Source: Rhodoferax sp.
Lineage (GTDB): Bacteria > Pseudomonadota > Gammaproteobacteria > Burkholderiales > Burkholderiaceae_C
NCBI RefSeq assembly: GCF_030685025.1
Contig: NZ_JAUXWC010000105.1
Reading direction: 5' to 3' (one strand)
DNA: 64,000 nt
Shown here: positions 31,808 through 41,170 of the stretch, one piece after another
Layout of the letters: every line of letters begins with the position of its first letter
Position numbering within the stretch: position 1 is the stretch's first letter
Translations under genes and position numbers: made by a program
Notes under the pieces: model-generated
The model's input: the letters and a program-made list of their open reading frames with translations, nothing else
What the model was told of the DNA's origin: nothing
Database searches by the model: none

Positions 31808-31825
31808 GCTATAATAGCGGGCTAT
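31808..31825 (+). promoter_or_regulatory. candidate rpsP promoter core (-10 TATAAT plus GC-rich discriminator)
   Basis: GCTATAATAGCGGGCTAT lies about 90 nt upstream of rpsP. An almost identical block precedes rplS. I found no convincing -35. Confidence 0.3.
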
Positions 31826-31914
31826 TCAGTGTGTCACTGGCCGGGTGGTCAGTTGCGTGTCTCAACTCTGAATTCAAAGGTGACTGCAACATGTCGCCAC
31901 CCAAAGGATAAATC

Positions 31915-32166
31915 ATGGTCGTCATTCGACTCGCACGCGGCGGTGCTAAAGCCCGCCCGTTTTTCAACATTGTTGTGGCTGACAAGCGTACCCGTCGCGA
32001 CGGGCGCTTCATTGAGCGCATCGGGTTTTACAACCCCATCGCCACTGCCAACGAGGAAAGCATTCGCATTGCTCAGGATCGCCTGACTTACTGGAAGAGC
32101 GTTGGCGCCCAAGCGTCACCGACAGTCGAACGCCTGATCGACCAAGCTGCCAAGAAAGCAGCTTGA
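31915..32166 (+). CDS. rpsP: 30S ribosomal protein S16
   Basis: 83 aa, [23 protein letters not shown]. Confidence 0.95.
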   Translation: MVVIRLARGGAKARPFFNIVVADKRTRRDGRFIERIGFYNPIATANEESIRIAQDRLTYWKSVGAQASPTVERLIDQAAKKAA

Positions 32167-32173
32167 TCCTGAA

Positions 32174-32740
32174 GTGATCTTGCCCGGCCTTGAGGCTGCC
32201 GAATTGCCGGCAGACGCGATCGAAGTCGGGCGTATCGCCGATGCCTGGGGCATCAAGGGCTGGTTCAAGGTCTTGCCCCATAGCGCCGATCCCGAGGCGC
32301 TTTTTTCATCCAAACGCTGGTTCTTGATGCCCGCCGAGCGCGGTGCCAAAACATTTTCCGGTGTCGCTGGACTTTCCGTCATGGAAGCCAAGCACCATTC
32401 GGACACCGTGGTGGCCAGTGCACTTGGCGTCACGGATCGCGGCGCCGCCGAGGCCTTGCGTGGTGCCCGCATCTTCATTTCGCGCGCCAGCTTTCCCACT
32501 GCCGATAAAGACGAGTACTACTGGGTCGATCTGATCGGACTCAACGTCATCAATCGTGAGGGCGTGGCCCTGGGAACCGTGAGTGAGCTGCTCGCCACCG
32601 GCGCGCAGACGGTGTTGGTGATCGACTATCTTGAGGATGGCAAGACCATGCAACGCATGGTTCCCTTCGTGGCGCACTATGTCGACGATGTGGATCTGGC
32701 CAAACGATGCATCACGGTGGACTGGCAGCCCGACTACTGA
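32174..32740 (+). CDS. rimM: ribosome maturation factor RimM
   Basis: 188 aa with a GTG start. Has VGRIADAWGIKGWFKV and a PRC-barrel C-terminus. Lies between rpsP and trmD. Confidence 0.9.
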   Translation: MILPGLEAAELPADAIEVGRIADAWGIKGWFKVLPHSADPEALFSSKRWFLMPAERGAKTFSGVAGLSVMEAKHHSDTVVASALGVTDRGAAEALRGARIFISRASFPTADKDEYYWVDLIGLNVINREGVALGTVSELLATGAQTVLVIDYLEDGKTMQRMVPFVAHYVDDVDLAKRCITVDWQPDY

Positions 32741-32751
32741 GCGACTGACCC

Positions 32752-33495
32752 ATGCGTTTTGACGTCGTCACGCTGTTCCCCGAGTTGTTTGCCCCGCTCT
32801 TGTCCGCTGGCATCACCCGGCGGGCCTTTGAGAGCGGCCAGGTTGAGGTCAAACTCAATAATCCTCGCGATCATGCGCCGGGCAACTACCGGCGCGTCGA
32901 TGACCGCCCCTTTGGTGGCGGCCCCGGCATGGTGATGATGGCCGAACCGTTGGCTGCCTGTTTGCGCGAGATCGAGACCCAGCGTGGGGTCATGCCGGCC
33001 GTGCTGCTGTTCTCTCCGATCGGGCGCCGTCTTGACCACAGCACGGTGCAGCGCTGGGCCGACAGTGAGGGGGCCATTTTGGTGTGTGGTCGCTACGAGG
33101 GCATTGATCAGCGCTTCATTGATGCGCACGTCGATGAGCAGATTAGTCTGGGCGACTTTGTTCTGTCCGGCGGAGAAATCGCGGCCATGGCACTGCTCGA
33201 TGCGGTCGCGCGGCTGCAACCGGGCGTACTCAATGACTCGGACAGTCACGTGCTGGACAGCTTCAACCCGGCCTTGGACGGCTTGCTGGATTGTCCACAC
33301 TACACCCGGTCCGAGCGGTGGAGTGGTGTGCAGGTCCCGGAGGTCTTGCTGTCTGGCCACCATCTGCAGATTGAGCGCTGGCGGCGCGAACAGCGATTGC
33401 ATCTGACAGCGCAACATCGTCCGGATTTGATCGTCCAAGCTCGCGCGGCGGGGCGATTGTCGGCGCAAGACGAGACGTTTCTATCCGGTCTGTGA
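32752..33495 (+). CDS. trmD: tRNA (guanine37-N1)-methyltransferase
   Basis: 247 aa. MRFDVVTLFPELF and GRYEGIDQR motifs. Confidence 0.95.
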   Translation: MRFDVVTLFPELFAPLLSAGITRRAFESGQVEVKLNNPRDHAPGNYRRVDDRPFGGGPGMVMMAEPLAACLREIETQRGVMPAVLLFSPIGRRLDHSTVQRWADSEGAILVCGRYEGIDQRFIDAHVDEQISLGDFVLSGGEIAAMALLDAVARLQPGVLNDSDSHVLDSFNPALDGLLDCPHYTRSERWSGVQVPEVLLSGHHLQIERWRREQRLHLTAQHRPDLIVQARAAGRLSAQDETFLSGL

Positions 33496-33548
33496 GGCCA
33501 GGTTACCCGCCGAGCATTGCAACGAGGAAATCAATTGACGTAGCGACT

Positions 33549-33567
33549 TGCTATAATGGCAGGCTAT
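33549..33567 (+). promoter_or_regulatory. candidate internal promoter for rplS (extended -10 TGcTATAAT)
   Basis: TGCTATAATGGCAGGCTAT lies about 95 nt upstream of rplS. It has 16 of 18 identity to the block upstream of rpsP. Confidence 0.3.
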
Positions 33568-33659
33568 CCGATCCTCTGCCCAACCGTTTCGACGCTTTGC
33601 GTCATGAGATTCTTAGTGCCATGTCGGCACTGGTGTGAGCAAGATCATTTGAGGAAATC

Positions 33660-34013
33660 ATGAATCTTTTGCAGACTCTTGAGCAAGAAGAAATTGCTCG
33701 CCTCGGGAAAACCATTCCCGATTTCGCACCCGGCGATACGGTCGTGGTCAGCGTTAACGTCGTTGAAGGTAGCCGCAAACGCGTGCAGGCTTACGAAGGC
33801 GTGGTGATTGCCAAGCGCAATCGCGGCCTCAACAGTGGCTTTATCGTGCGCAAGATCTCCAGCGGTGAAGGCGTGGAGCGCACCTTCCAGACCTACAGCC
33901 CCTTGATCGCCAGCATCGAGGTCAAGCGCCGCGGCGACGTTCGCCGCGCCAAGCTGTACTACCTGCGCCAGCGCAGCGGCAAGTCGGCGCGCATCAAGGA
34001 AAAGCTGGGCTGA
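33660..34013 (+). CDS. rplS: 50S ribosomal protein L19
   Basis: 117 aa, [12 protein letters not shown]...[13 protein letters not shown]...RRAKLYYLR. Confidence 0.95.
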   Translation: MNLLQTLEQEEIARLGKTIPDFAPGDTVVVSVNVVEGSRKRVQAYEGVVIAKRNRGLNSGFIVRKISSGEGVERTFQTYSPLIASIEVKRRGDVRRAKLYYLRQRSGKSARIKEKLG

Positions 34014-34117
34014 CCTTCGGTCAGCGCGCGGCTGCGCCGCGCTTCGCGCACCAGCGCGAAACCAGCTTTCGACGCGACCCGGCGCAGCCGGCCGCGTCCA
34101 AAAGCTGGCCCTCCACG

Positions 34118-34816
34118 TTGATACCCGTTTCCCGCATCCTGAACCCGCAAGCGGTGCCTGTAGCCGGCACCGACGCCCATCTGCCGCCCGTGCCCACGCC
34201 GGCGTTGACGGCGGATGCGCTGCGCGAGCGCTTCCGTCAGCGCGAGCCGTGGCTACCCGAGATTCCCGGCGACGGCCGGCTGTTCACCGACCGCGAGCCG
34301 GCGCACGCCGCCGTGCTGGTGGCGCTGGTGCAGCGCGGCGACGGGCTGCACGTGCTGCTGACGCGCCGCACCGAGCACCTGCGAGAGCACGCCGGGCAAG
34401 TCAGCTTCCCCGGCGGCCGCAGCGAGGCCGGCGATGCCGACCCCGCAGCCACGGCGCTGCGCGAGACCGCGGAAGAGGTCGGCCTGCCGCGCGACAGCAT
34501 CGAAGTCATCGGCCAGATGCCGGCCTACACGACCATCACGCAGTTCGTCGTCACGCCCGTCGTGGCACTGGTGCAGCCGCCGTTCGAACTGGCGCTGGAC
34601 AGCTTCGAGGTTGCCGAGGCCTTCGAGGTGCCGCTGCCGTTCCTGATGAACCCGACCCACCACCGGCGCCATGTCTTCACCTTCGAAGGCGGGCAGCGCC
34701 AGTTCCTGTCGATGCCCTGGCAGGGCGCGGGCGCCGATGGCGTGTCGCGCGAGTACTTCATCTGGGGCGCAACGGCCGCGATGTTGAGGAACCTGTACCG
34801 CTTCCTCGCCAAGTGA
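34118..34816 (+). CDS. NUDIX hydrolase, CoA pyrophosphatase type
   Basis: NUDIX box GQVSFPGGRSEAGDADPAATALRETAEEVGL. The ORF opens at TTG 34118 and has no ATG in the N-terminal region, so the true start is uncertain. Confidence 0.8.
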   Translation: MIPVSRILNPQAVPVAGTDAHLPPVPTPALTADALRERFRQREPWLPEIPGDGRLFTDREPAHAAVLVALVQRGDGLHVLLTRRTEHLREHAGQVSFPGGRSEAGDADPAATALRETAEEVGLPRDSIEVIGQMPAYTTITQFVVTPVVALVQPPFELALDSFEVAEAFEVPLPFLMNPTHHRRHVFTFEGGQRQFLSMPWQGAGADGVSREYFIWGATAAMLRNLYRFLAK

Positions 34817-34835
34817 GGCTCTATCATCGCTGCGA

Positions 34836-35822
34836 ATGAGTTTCTTCGCAGTCATGTTCGCGCTGCTGATCGAGCAGCTCAAGCCGCTTCCGCGTGACAA
34901 CTGGATCCACGAGACGCTGATGTCGTGGGTGCGCTGGACGGGCCGGAACTTCGACGCCGGGCGGCCGCACCATACCTGGGTCGTCTGGGGTGTTTCGGTG
35001 GGCGTGCCGGTGCTGGCGGTGGCAGCGCTGTACCTGGTGATCGCGCACTTCAGCCTGCTGCTGGCGCTGGCTTTCGACGTCGCGCTGCTGTACCTGACGC
35101 TGGGCTTCCGCCAGTTCAGCCACTACTTCACCGACATCCGCGAGGCGCTGGACCGCGGCGACGAGAACGAGGCGCGCCGGCTGCTGGCCGAGTGGCGGCA
35201 CCTCGACGCCAGCGAGTTGCCGCGCACCGAAGTGCTGCGCCATGTCATCGAACATGCACTGCTGGCCGCGCACCGGCATGTCTTCGGCGTCTTCTTCTGG
35301 TTTGTCGTCTTCTCGGCCCTGGGCCTGGGGCCCGTCGGGGCGGTGCTCTACCGCATGGCGGAGTTCTCCAGCCGCTACTGGGGCTACCGCCTGCGCGCGA
35401 TGGACGCACCGGGCAACGACGAGCTGCTGGCGCTGTCGCGACGGCTGTTCGCGCTCATCGACCACGTGCCGGCGCGGCTGACGGCGTTCGGCTTTGCCGT
35501 GGTCGGCAATTTCGAGGAGGCCATCGGCAGCTGGCGGCGCGACGCCGGGCTGTGGCAACACCCCAACGAAGGCATCATCCTCGCCGCCGCCGCCGGCGCC
35601 GTGGGCGTGCAACTGGGCGGCGCCGCGGCGCCGGGCGTCACGCCCGACCGCTCGAAGACCTTCACCGCCGGTGGCCCCGGCATCGCCGACGCCGCCGGCT
35701 CCACGGCCGGTGATCCGGCGCAGCCCGGCCACCTGCACAGCGTGGTCGGCCTGGTGTGGCGCTCGGTGGTGCTGTGGATGCTGCTGGTGGCGCTGCTGAC
35801 GCTGGCCAACGTGCTCGGTTGA
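34836..35822 (+). CDS. CobD/CbiB (AmpE-like) family membrane protein
   Basis: 328 aa, ATG start, multi-TM. The N-terminus MSFFAVMFALLIEQLKPLP is typical of this family. Confidence 0.7.
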   Translation: MSFFAVMFALLIEQLKPLPRDNWIHETLMSWVRWTGRNFDAGRPHHTWVVWGVSVGVPVLAVAALYLVIAHFSLLLALAFDVALLYLTLGFRQFSHYFTDIREALDRGDENEARRLLAEWRHLDASELPRTEVLRHVIEHALLAAHRHVFGVFFWFVVFSALGLGPVGAVLYRMAEFSSRYWGYRLRAMDAPGNDELLALSRRLFALIDHVPARLTAFGFAVVGNFEEAIGSWRRDAGLWQHPNEGIILAAAAGAVGVQLGGAAAPGVTPDRSKTFTAGGPGIADAAGSTAGDPAQPGHLHSVVGLVWRSVVLWMLLVALLTLANVLG

Positions 35823-35837
35823 GTCAGCCCGGGCCAC

Positions 35838-36785
35838 CTAGTAGCGGCTGCGCGACAGCTCCTCGAACAGCATCTCGTAGATGCGCCGCCGCGACGCGCT
35901 GATGTCGCCGCGCTCGACGGCTGCGCGCACGCCGCAGCCGGGCTCGTGGCGGTGGCTGCAGTTGTGGAAGCGGCAGTGCCCCAGCGCCGCCGCGAAGTCC
36001 GGCATCAAGGTGGCCAGCCGTTCGGGTGCGACGTGGCGCAGGCCGAATTCCTGGAATCCCGGGCTGTCGATCAGCGCGCCACGGCGCCCATCGTCGTGCT
36101 TTGGCTCGAGCCAGTACCAGGTGCTGGTGGTGGTGGTGTGGCGGCCGGCGGCGAGCGCCTTCGAGATCTCGCCGACCTGGGCCGCGGCCGCCGGCACCAG
36201 CAGGTTGATGAGCGTGCTCTTGCCCATGCCGCTGGGCCCCAGCACCAGCGTCGTGCGGCCGGCCAGGTGCGGCAGCAGCCGCGCGGTGGACCCGGCCGGG
36301 TCGGCCTTCAGCGCCAGTTCGATGACTTCCACACCCATCGCCACGTAGGGCGCCAGCCGCTCGCGCGCCGCGGCGGCGGCCGGCAAGTCGATCTTGTTCA
36401 GGCCGATGAGCGCCGGGATGCCGGCTTCCTGCGCCGCCACCAGCGCCCGCGTGAGCTGCGATTCGCTGAACACCGGCTCGCCGGCCACCAGTATCAGCAG
36501 CTGGTCGAGGTTGGCGGCGAAGGACTTGGTGCGCCATTCGTCCTGCCGGAACAGGAGGTTGCGGCGCGGCTCGATGTGCTCGACGACGCCGCCGTCGCCG
36601 GTGGGCTGCCAGCGCACCTGGTCGCCGACCACCAGTTCACTCTTCTTGCCGCGCGGATGGCACAGCACGCGCGTGCCGTCCGGTGTTTCCACGACCACAT
36701 GGCGACCGTGCGCCGCCACCACCAGCCCGAGGTCGAGCGCGGCGGGCACATCCGCGGTGGCGCCCCGCGCGCCGCGCGCGGTCAA
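35838..36785 (-). CDS. rsgA: ribosome small subunit-dependent GTPase A
   Basis: This is the C-terminal 315 codons of the 720-aa read-through ORF. It has an OB fold (GLVVAAHGRHVVVETPDG), circularly permuted GTPase motifs (LIGLNKIDL, GPSGMGKSTLIN) and a Zn knuckle (CRFHNCSHRHEPGC). The proposed TTG start at 36785 overlaps the phhB stop; the start is uncertain. Confidence 0.85.
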   Translation of the reverse strand: MTARGARGATADVPAALDLGLVVAAHGRHVVVETPDGTRVLCHPRGKKSELVVGDQVRWQPTGDGGVVEHIEPRRNLLFRQDEWRTKSFAANLDQLLILVAGEPVFSESQLTRALVAAQEAGIPALIGLNKIDLPAAAAARERLAPYVAMGVEVIELALKADPAGSTARLLPHLAGRTTLVLGPSGMGKSTLINLLVPAAAAQVGEISKALAAGRHTTTTSTWYWLEPKHDDGRRGALIDSPGFQEFGLRHVAPERLATLMPDFAAALGHCRFHNCSHRHEPGCGVRAAVERGDISASRRRIYEMLFEELSRSRY

Positions 36786-37105
36786 GGCAGCAGCGCGTCC
36801 ACCTTGGCGGCGCAGATGAAGTCGTTGACCGAGATGCCGCCCACCGAGTGCGTGTTGAAGCGCACCGTGCAGCGGTTGTAGGACACCACCAGCTCCGGGT
36901 GGTGGTCCTCGACATGAGCCACCCGGGCCACGGCGTTCACGAAGGCCATGGTGTGGTGGTAGTCGGCGAAGTCGAAGTTTTTCTGGATTGCACCGTCGGC
37001 CAGCGCCCAGCCGGGTGTGCGGGCCAGCTGCTGCGTGACTTCGGCCGTGGACATCGGGGGCTGGCCTTCGAGCGGCCGGCAGCGCTGGGTGGCGAGCTCG
37101 GTCAT
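36782..37105 (-). CDS. phhB: 4a-hydroxytetrahydrobiopterin dehydratase
   Basis: 107 aa with the DHHPEL motif (VEDHHPELVVSYNRCTVRFNTH). Confidence 0.9.
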   Translation of the reverse strand: MTELATQRCRPLEGQPPMSTAEVTQQLARTPGWALADGAIQKNFDFADYHHTMAFVNAVARVAHVEDHHPELVVSYNRCTVRFNTHSVGGISVNDFICAAKVDALLP

Positions 37106-37108
37106 GGT

Positions 37109-38377
37109 TCAGGCCGGCGCGGGCAAGGCCGCCAGGCGTTCGGACGCCGGCGGGTGCGAATAGTAGAAGCGCACGTAGACCGGGTCGGGCGTCAGCGTGG
37201 AGGCGTTGTCCTCGTGCAGCTTGAGCAGGGCGCGCGCGAGGTCGCGGCCGTCGGCCTGCGCGCATGCATACGCGTCGGCCTGGAACTCGTGGCGGCGCGA
37301 GACCTGCGCCATCAACGGCGAGACGAAGAAGACGAACGGCGGCAACGCCAGCATGAACAGCAACAGCGCCAGCGCATCGTTGGGCGCGGCCAAGTTGGGT
37401 GCCACACCGAGGCCGGCATAGAAGCCGCTCTGGCCGGCCAGCCAGCCCAGCAGCGCCAGCCCGAGCAGGCTGAAGCCGAAGATGCCCGCCATGCGCTGCA
37501 GCACATGCTTGTGCTTGAAGTGGCCGAGTTCGTGCGCCAGCACCGCTTCCACCTCGCCGGGCGTCAGCCGCTGCAGCAGGGTGTCGAAGAAGACCACGCG
37601 TTTGGCCGCTCCCAGGCCGGTGAAGTAGGCGTTGGCGTGTGCCGAGCGCTTGCTGCCGTCCATCACGAACAGGCCCTTGGCGGCAAAGCCGCAGCGCTGC
37701 ATCAGTGCCTGTACGCGGCTGCGCAGCGCGTCGTCGGCCAGCGGCTCGAACTTGTTGAAGATCGGCGCGATGACGGTCGGGTACAGCACCAGCAGAGCGA
37801 GGTTGAAAGCCACCCAGACGGCCCAGGCCCACAGCCACCACATGCCGCCCGATGCCGCCATGATCCACAGCATGAGCGCGGCCAGCGGCAGGCCGATGAG
37901 TGCACCGACCAAGGTGCCCTTGAGCAGGTCGGCGAGCCACATCTTCAGCGTCATGCGGTTGAAGCCGAAACGCTGCTCGATGCGGAAGGTGCCGTACCAC
38001 TCCAGCGGCAGGTCGAGCGCGCCGCCGATGGCGGCAAATGCGGTCAGCAGCGCGAGTTGATACGCCATGTTGCCCCAGCCCGGCTGCAGCGCGTCGCGCA
38101 ACAGCGTGTTCAGCGCGTCCAGCCCGCCCAGCAGCGTCCAGCCCAGCAGCACCGCGCCGCCGACGGCGGTGGCCAGCAGCCCGAAGCGGCCCTTGGCCAG
38201 CGTGTAGTCGGCGGCCTTGCGGTGCGCCTGCAGCGTCACGGTGCCGGCAAAGGCGGCGGGTACCTGGTCGCGGTGCGCCGCCACGTGGCGCATCTGCCGC
38301 GTGGCCAGCCAGAACTTGACGGCCAGCGACAGCAGCAAGGCCGCCGCGAAGGCCAGCGTGAACGATGAAGGCTCCAT
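37109..38377 (-). CDS. M48 family (Ste24/HtpX-like) zinc metallopeptidase
   Basis: ATG at 38377 (MEPSSFTLAF...). Multi-TM N-terminal half, then HELGHFKHKH (HExxH). Confidence 0.85.
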   Translation of the reverse strand: MEPSSFTLAFAAALLLSLAVKFWLATRQMRHVAAHRDQVPAAFAGTVTLQAHRKAADYTLAKGRFGLLATAVGGAVLLGWTLLGGLDALNTLLRDALQPGWGNMAYQLALLTAFAAIGGALDLPLEWYGTFRIEQRFGFNRMTLKMWLADLLKGTLVGALIGLPLAALMLWIMAASGGMWWLWAWAVWVAFNLALLVLYPTVIAPIFNKFEPLADDALRSRVQALMQRCGFAAKGLFVMDGSKRSAHANAYFTGLGAAKRVVFFDTLLQRLTPGEVEAVLAHELGHFKHKHVLQRMAGIFGFSLLGLALLGWLAGQSGFYAGLGVAPNLAAPNDALALLLFMLALPPFVFFVSPLMAQVSRRHEFQADAYACAQADGRDLARALLKLHEDNASTLTPDPVYVRFYYSHPPASERLAALPAPA

Positions 38378-38433
38378 GAGTGGCAAGTGTAGGCTTGGGC
38401 CAGAATCAGCCGCTTCGACACGGACAAGGCACC

Positions 38434-38994
38434 ATGAGCGACATCGGTTTGACCCCCAGCGAGAACAACCTGGTCTGGATCGACCTGGAAATGACCGGCC
38501 TGCTGCCGGACAGTGACCGCATCATCGAGATCGCCGTGGTGGTGACCGACCCGCAGGTCACGCAGCGCATCGAGGGCCCGGTGTTCGCCGTGCACCAGAG
38601 CGACGCCGTGCTCGACGCCATGGACGCCTGGAACCGCGGCACCCATGGCAAGAGCGGACTGACGGCGCGCGTGCGCGCCTCCACCATCGACGAGGCCGCT
38701 GCCCAGGCGCAGGTGATCGACTTCCTGAAGCAGTACGTGTCCAAGGGCAAGAGCCCCATGTGCGGCAACAGCATCTGCCAGGACCGCCGTTTCATGGCCC
38801 GCTACATGCCCGAGCTGGAAGCCTTCTTCCACTACCGCAATGTCGACGTCAGCACGCTCAAGGAGCTGGCGCGGCGCTGGAAGCCGGCGGTGCTGGACGG
38901 CTTCAAGAAGGCGCAGGCACACACCGCCCTGGCCGACATCCACGAGTCGATCGACGAGATGCTGCACTATCGCCAGCACCTGCTGGCGGTCTGA
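38434..38994 (+). CDS. orn: oligoribonuclease
   Basis: ATG at 38434. [16 protein letters not shown] motif, 186 aa. Confidence 0.95.
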   Translation: MSDIGLTPSENNLVWIDLEMTGLLPDSDRIIEIAVVVTDPQVTQRIEGPVFAVHQSDAVLDAMDAWNRGTHGKSGLTARVRASTIDEAAAQAQVIDFLKQYVSKGKSPMCGNSICQDRRFMARYMPELEAFFHYRNVDVSTLKELARRWKPAVLDGFKKAQAHTALADIHESIDEMLHYRQHLLAV

Positions 38995-39054
38995 CGGGGC
39001 GGCGCCGGACGCCGACGTCACGGCAGCGTCACGGCGCATTCGTACACTCACACC

Positions 39055-41154
39055 ATGACCGACGACTCGCGGGCCGAAGCGCCTGACTCCACGGGCGCCG
39101 CCGTGGGCGCCGGCGTGCTGCCCACAACGCTGCCGCTGCTCGACCGCGAGCGCTCGATCCTGCAGTTCAACCGCCGCGTGCTGGCCCAGGCCCGGCGCGC
39201 CGATGTGCCGCTGCTCGAGCGGCTGCGCTACATCACCATCGTCAGCTCCAACCTCGACGAGTTCTTCGAGGTGCGCGTGGCCGACATCATCGAGGCCACG
39301 CGGCAGCCCGGCTCGGGCGTCACCCGCCACGACCTGGCCTCGGTGGCCAGGGCCGCGCACGAGCTCATCGACGAGCAGTACGCCCTCTTCAACGATGCCG
39401 TGATGCCGGCGCTGCAGCACGTGGGCATCGTGGTGCTCAACCACGCCGAGCGCAACGCGGCGCAGCGCAAGTGGGTCCAGCGCTTCTTCGAAACCCAGGT
39501 GCGGCCGCTGCTGGTGCCGGTGAGCCTGGACCCCAGTCACCCGTTTCCTCAGGTGGCCAACAAGTCGCTCAACTTCATCGCCAGGCTGGGCGGGCGCGAC
39601 GCCTTCGGGCGCGACAACCAGATTGCCATCGTCAAGGTGCCGCGCGTGTTGCCGCGCGTGATCCGCCTGCCCGACGAGTTGTGCCCCAGGCAGCAGGGTT
39701 TCGTGTTGCTGACCAGCGTCATGCGCGCCCATCTGGGCGAACTCTTCCCCGGGCGCGAGGTGGTGTCGTTCTCGCAGTTCCGCGTCACGCGCGACTCCGA
39801 TCTCGACGTCGAGGCCGACGACGTCGTCAACCTGCGTCAGGCCATGCGCAGCGGCCTGACGACGCGCAACTTCGGGCTGGCGATCCGGCTCGAAGTCGTC
39901 AGCACCTGCCCGCCCGAGCTGTACAGCTTCCTGCTCGAGCAGTTCTCGCTGCCCGAGGTCGCGCTGTACAAGGTCAACGGGCCGGTCAACCTGGTGCGGC
40001 TGAACCAGCTCATCGACCAGGCCGACGGCGACGCGCTGCACTTCCCGCACTGGGAGCCGCGCTGGCCCGACGCGCAGTTGCCGCGCACACGCTCGATCTT
40101 CGAGCGCCTGCGTGCAGGCGACGTGCTGCTGCACCACCCCTTCGAAAGCTTCGAGCCGGTGGTGCAGTTCCTGCGCGAGGCCGTGCACGACCCCGACGTG
40201 CTGGCCATCAAGCAGACCATCTACCGCACCGGTGCGCAAAGCGAGCTGATGGACCTGCTGATCGAGGCCGCGCGCCGCGGCAAGGAAGTGCTGGCGGTGG
40301 TGGAGCTGAAGGCGCGCTTCGACGAAGAGGCCAACATCAATTGGGCCGAGCGGCTGGAAGCCGTCGGCGCGCAGGTGGTCTATGGCATTGTCGGCCTCAA
40401 GACGCACGGCAAGATGCTGCTCGTGACGCGCCGCGAGAGGGGCCGCCTGCGCCGCTACGCCCACCTGTCCACGGGCAACTACAACCCGCGCACGGCGCGG
40501 CTGTACACCGACATGGGTTGCCTCACTGCCGACCCCGGCCTGACGGCCGATGCCGACGTGCTGTTCCTGCAACTGGCCAGCCAGACGCGCAGCAAGGCGC
40601 CGCGCTACCTGCTGACGGCGCCGTTCATGATGCACCGGCGCATGCTGCGACACATCGGCCAGGTGGCGGTGGCGGCACGGGCCGGGCGGCCGGCGCGCAT
40701 CGTCGCCAAGTTCAATGCGCTGACCGACCCTGGGTTGATGCAGGCCCTGGCCGAGGCCAGCCAGGCCGGCGCCAGCATCGACCTCATCGTGCGCGCCGCC
40801 TGCATGCTGCCGCCGGGCTTGCCGGGGCGCACCGAGAACATCCGCGTGCGCTCGGTGGTCGGGCGTTTTCTCGAGCACACACGCATCCTCTACTTCCGCT
40901 GGGGCGAGGGCGACGACGACGAGGTGCTCTACCTCAGCAGCGCCGACTGGATGAGCCGCAACATGTTCCGCCGCATCGAGGTCGCCTGGCCGGTGCGCGA
41001 CCGCGCGCTGCGCCAGCGCGTCATCGACGAAGGCCTGGTGCCGTATCTGCACGACGAGCGCGACGCCTGGCTGCTGGACAGCGAAGGGCGCTACAGGCGC
41101 GTCGCCGAAACCGGTGTCAGCGCGCAGCAGGCGCTGATGCAGCGCTACTCCTGA
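39055..41154 (+). CDS. ppk: polyphosphate kinase 1
   Basis: 699 aa with the PPK1 pattern (LDRERSILQFNRRVL, NLDEFFEVRV, LKTHGKMLLV autophosphorylated His region). Confidence 0.95.
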   Translation: MTDDSRAEAPDSTGAAVGAGVLPTTLPLLDRERSILQFNRRVLAQARRADVPLLERLRYITIVSSNLDEFFEVRVADIIEATRQPGSGVTRHDLASVARAAHELIDEQYALFNDAVMPALQHVGIVVLNHAERNAAQRKWVQRFFETQVRPLLVPVSLDPSHPFPQVANKSLNFIARLGGRDAFGRDNQIAIVKVPRVLPRVIRLPDELCPRQQGFVLLTSVMRAHLGELFPGREVVSFSQFRVTRDSDLDVEADDVVNLRQAMRSGLTTRNFGLAIRLEVVSTCPPELYSFLLEQFSLPEVALYKVNGPVNLVRLNQLIDQADGDALHFPHWEPRWPDAQLPRTRSIFERLRAGDVLLHHPFESFEPVVQFLREAVHDPDVLAIKQTIYRTGAQSELMDLLIEAARRGKEVLAVVELKARFDEEANINWAERLEAVGAQVVYGIVGLKTHGKMLLVTRRERGRLRRYAHLSTGNYNPRTARLYTDMGCLTADPGLTADADVLFLQLASQTRSKAPRYLLTAPFMMHRRMLRHIGQVAVAARAGRPARIVAKFNALTDPGLMQALAEASQAGASIDLIVRAACMLPPGLPGRTENIRVRSVVGRFLEHTRILYFRWGEGDDDEVLYLSSADWMSRNMFRRIEVAWPVRDRALRQRVIDEGLVPYLHDERDAWLLDSEGRYRRVAETGVSAQQALMQRYS

Positions 41155-41170
41155 CGCGCCGGCGGCAACG

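Noticed and set aside
35838-38000. 720-aa minus-strand ORF spanning rsgA, phhB and part of the M48 peptidase gene.
   Set aside because: Only its last roughly 315 codons (rsgA) are protein-like. Upstream it runs out of frame across phhB and the M48 gene, which are clearly coded in other frames.
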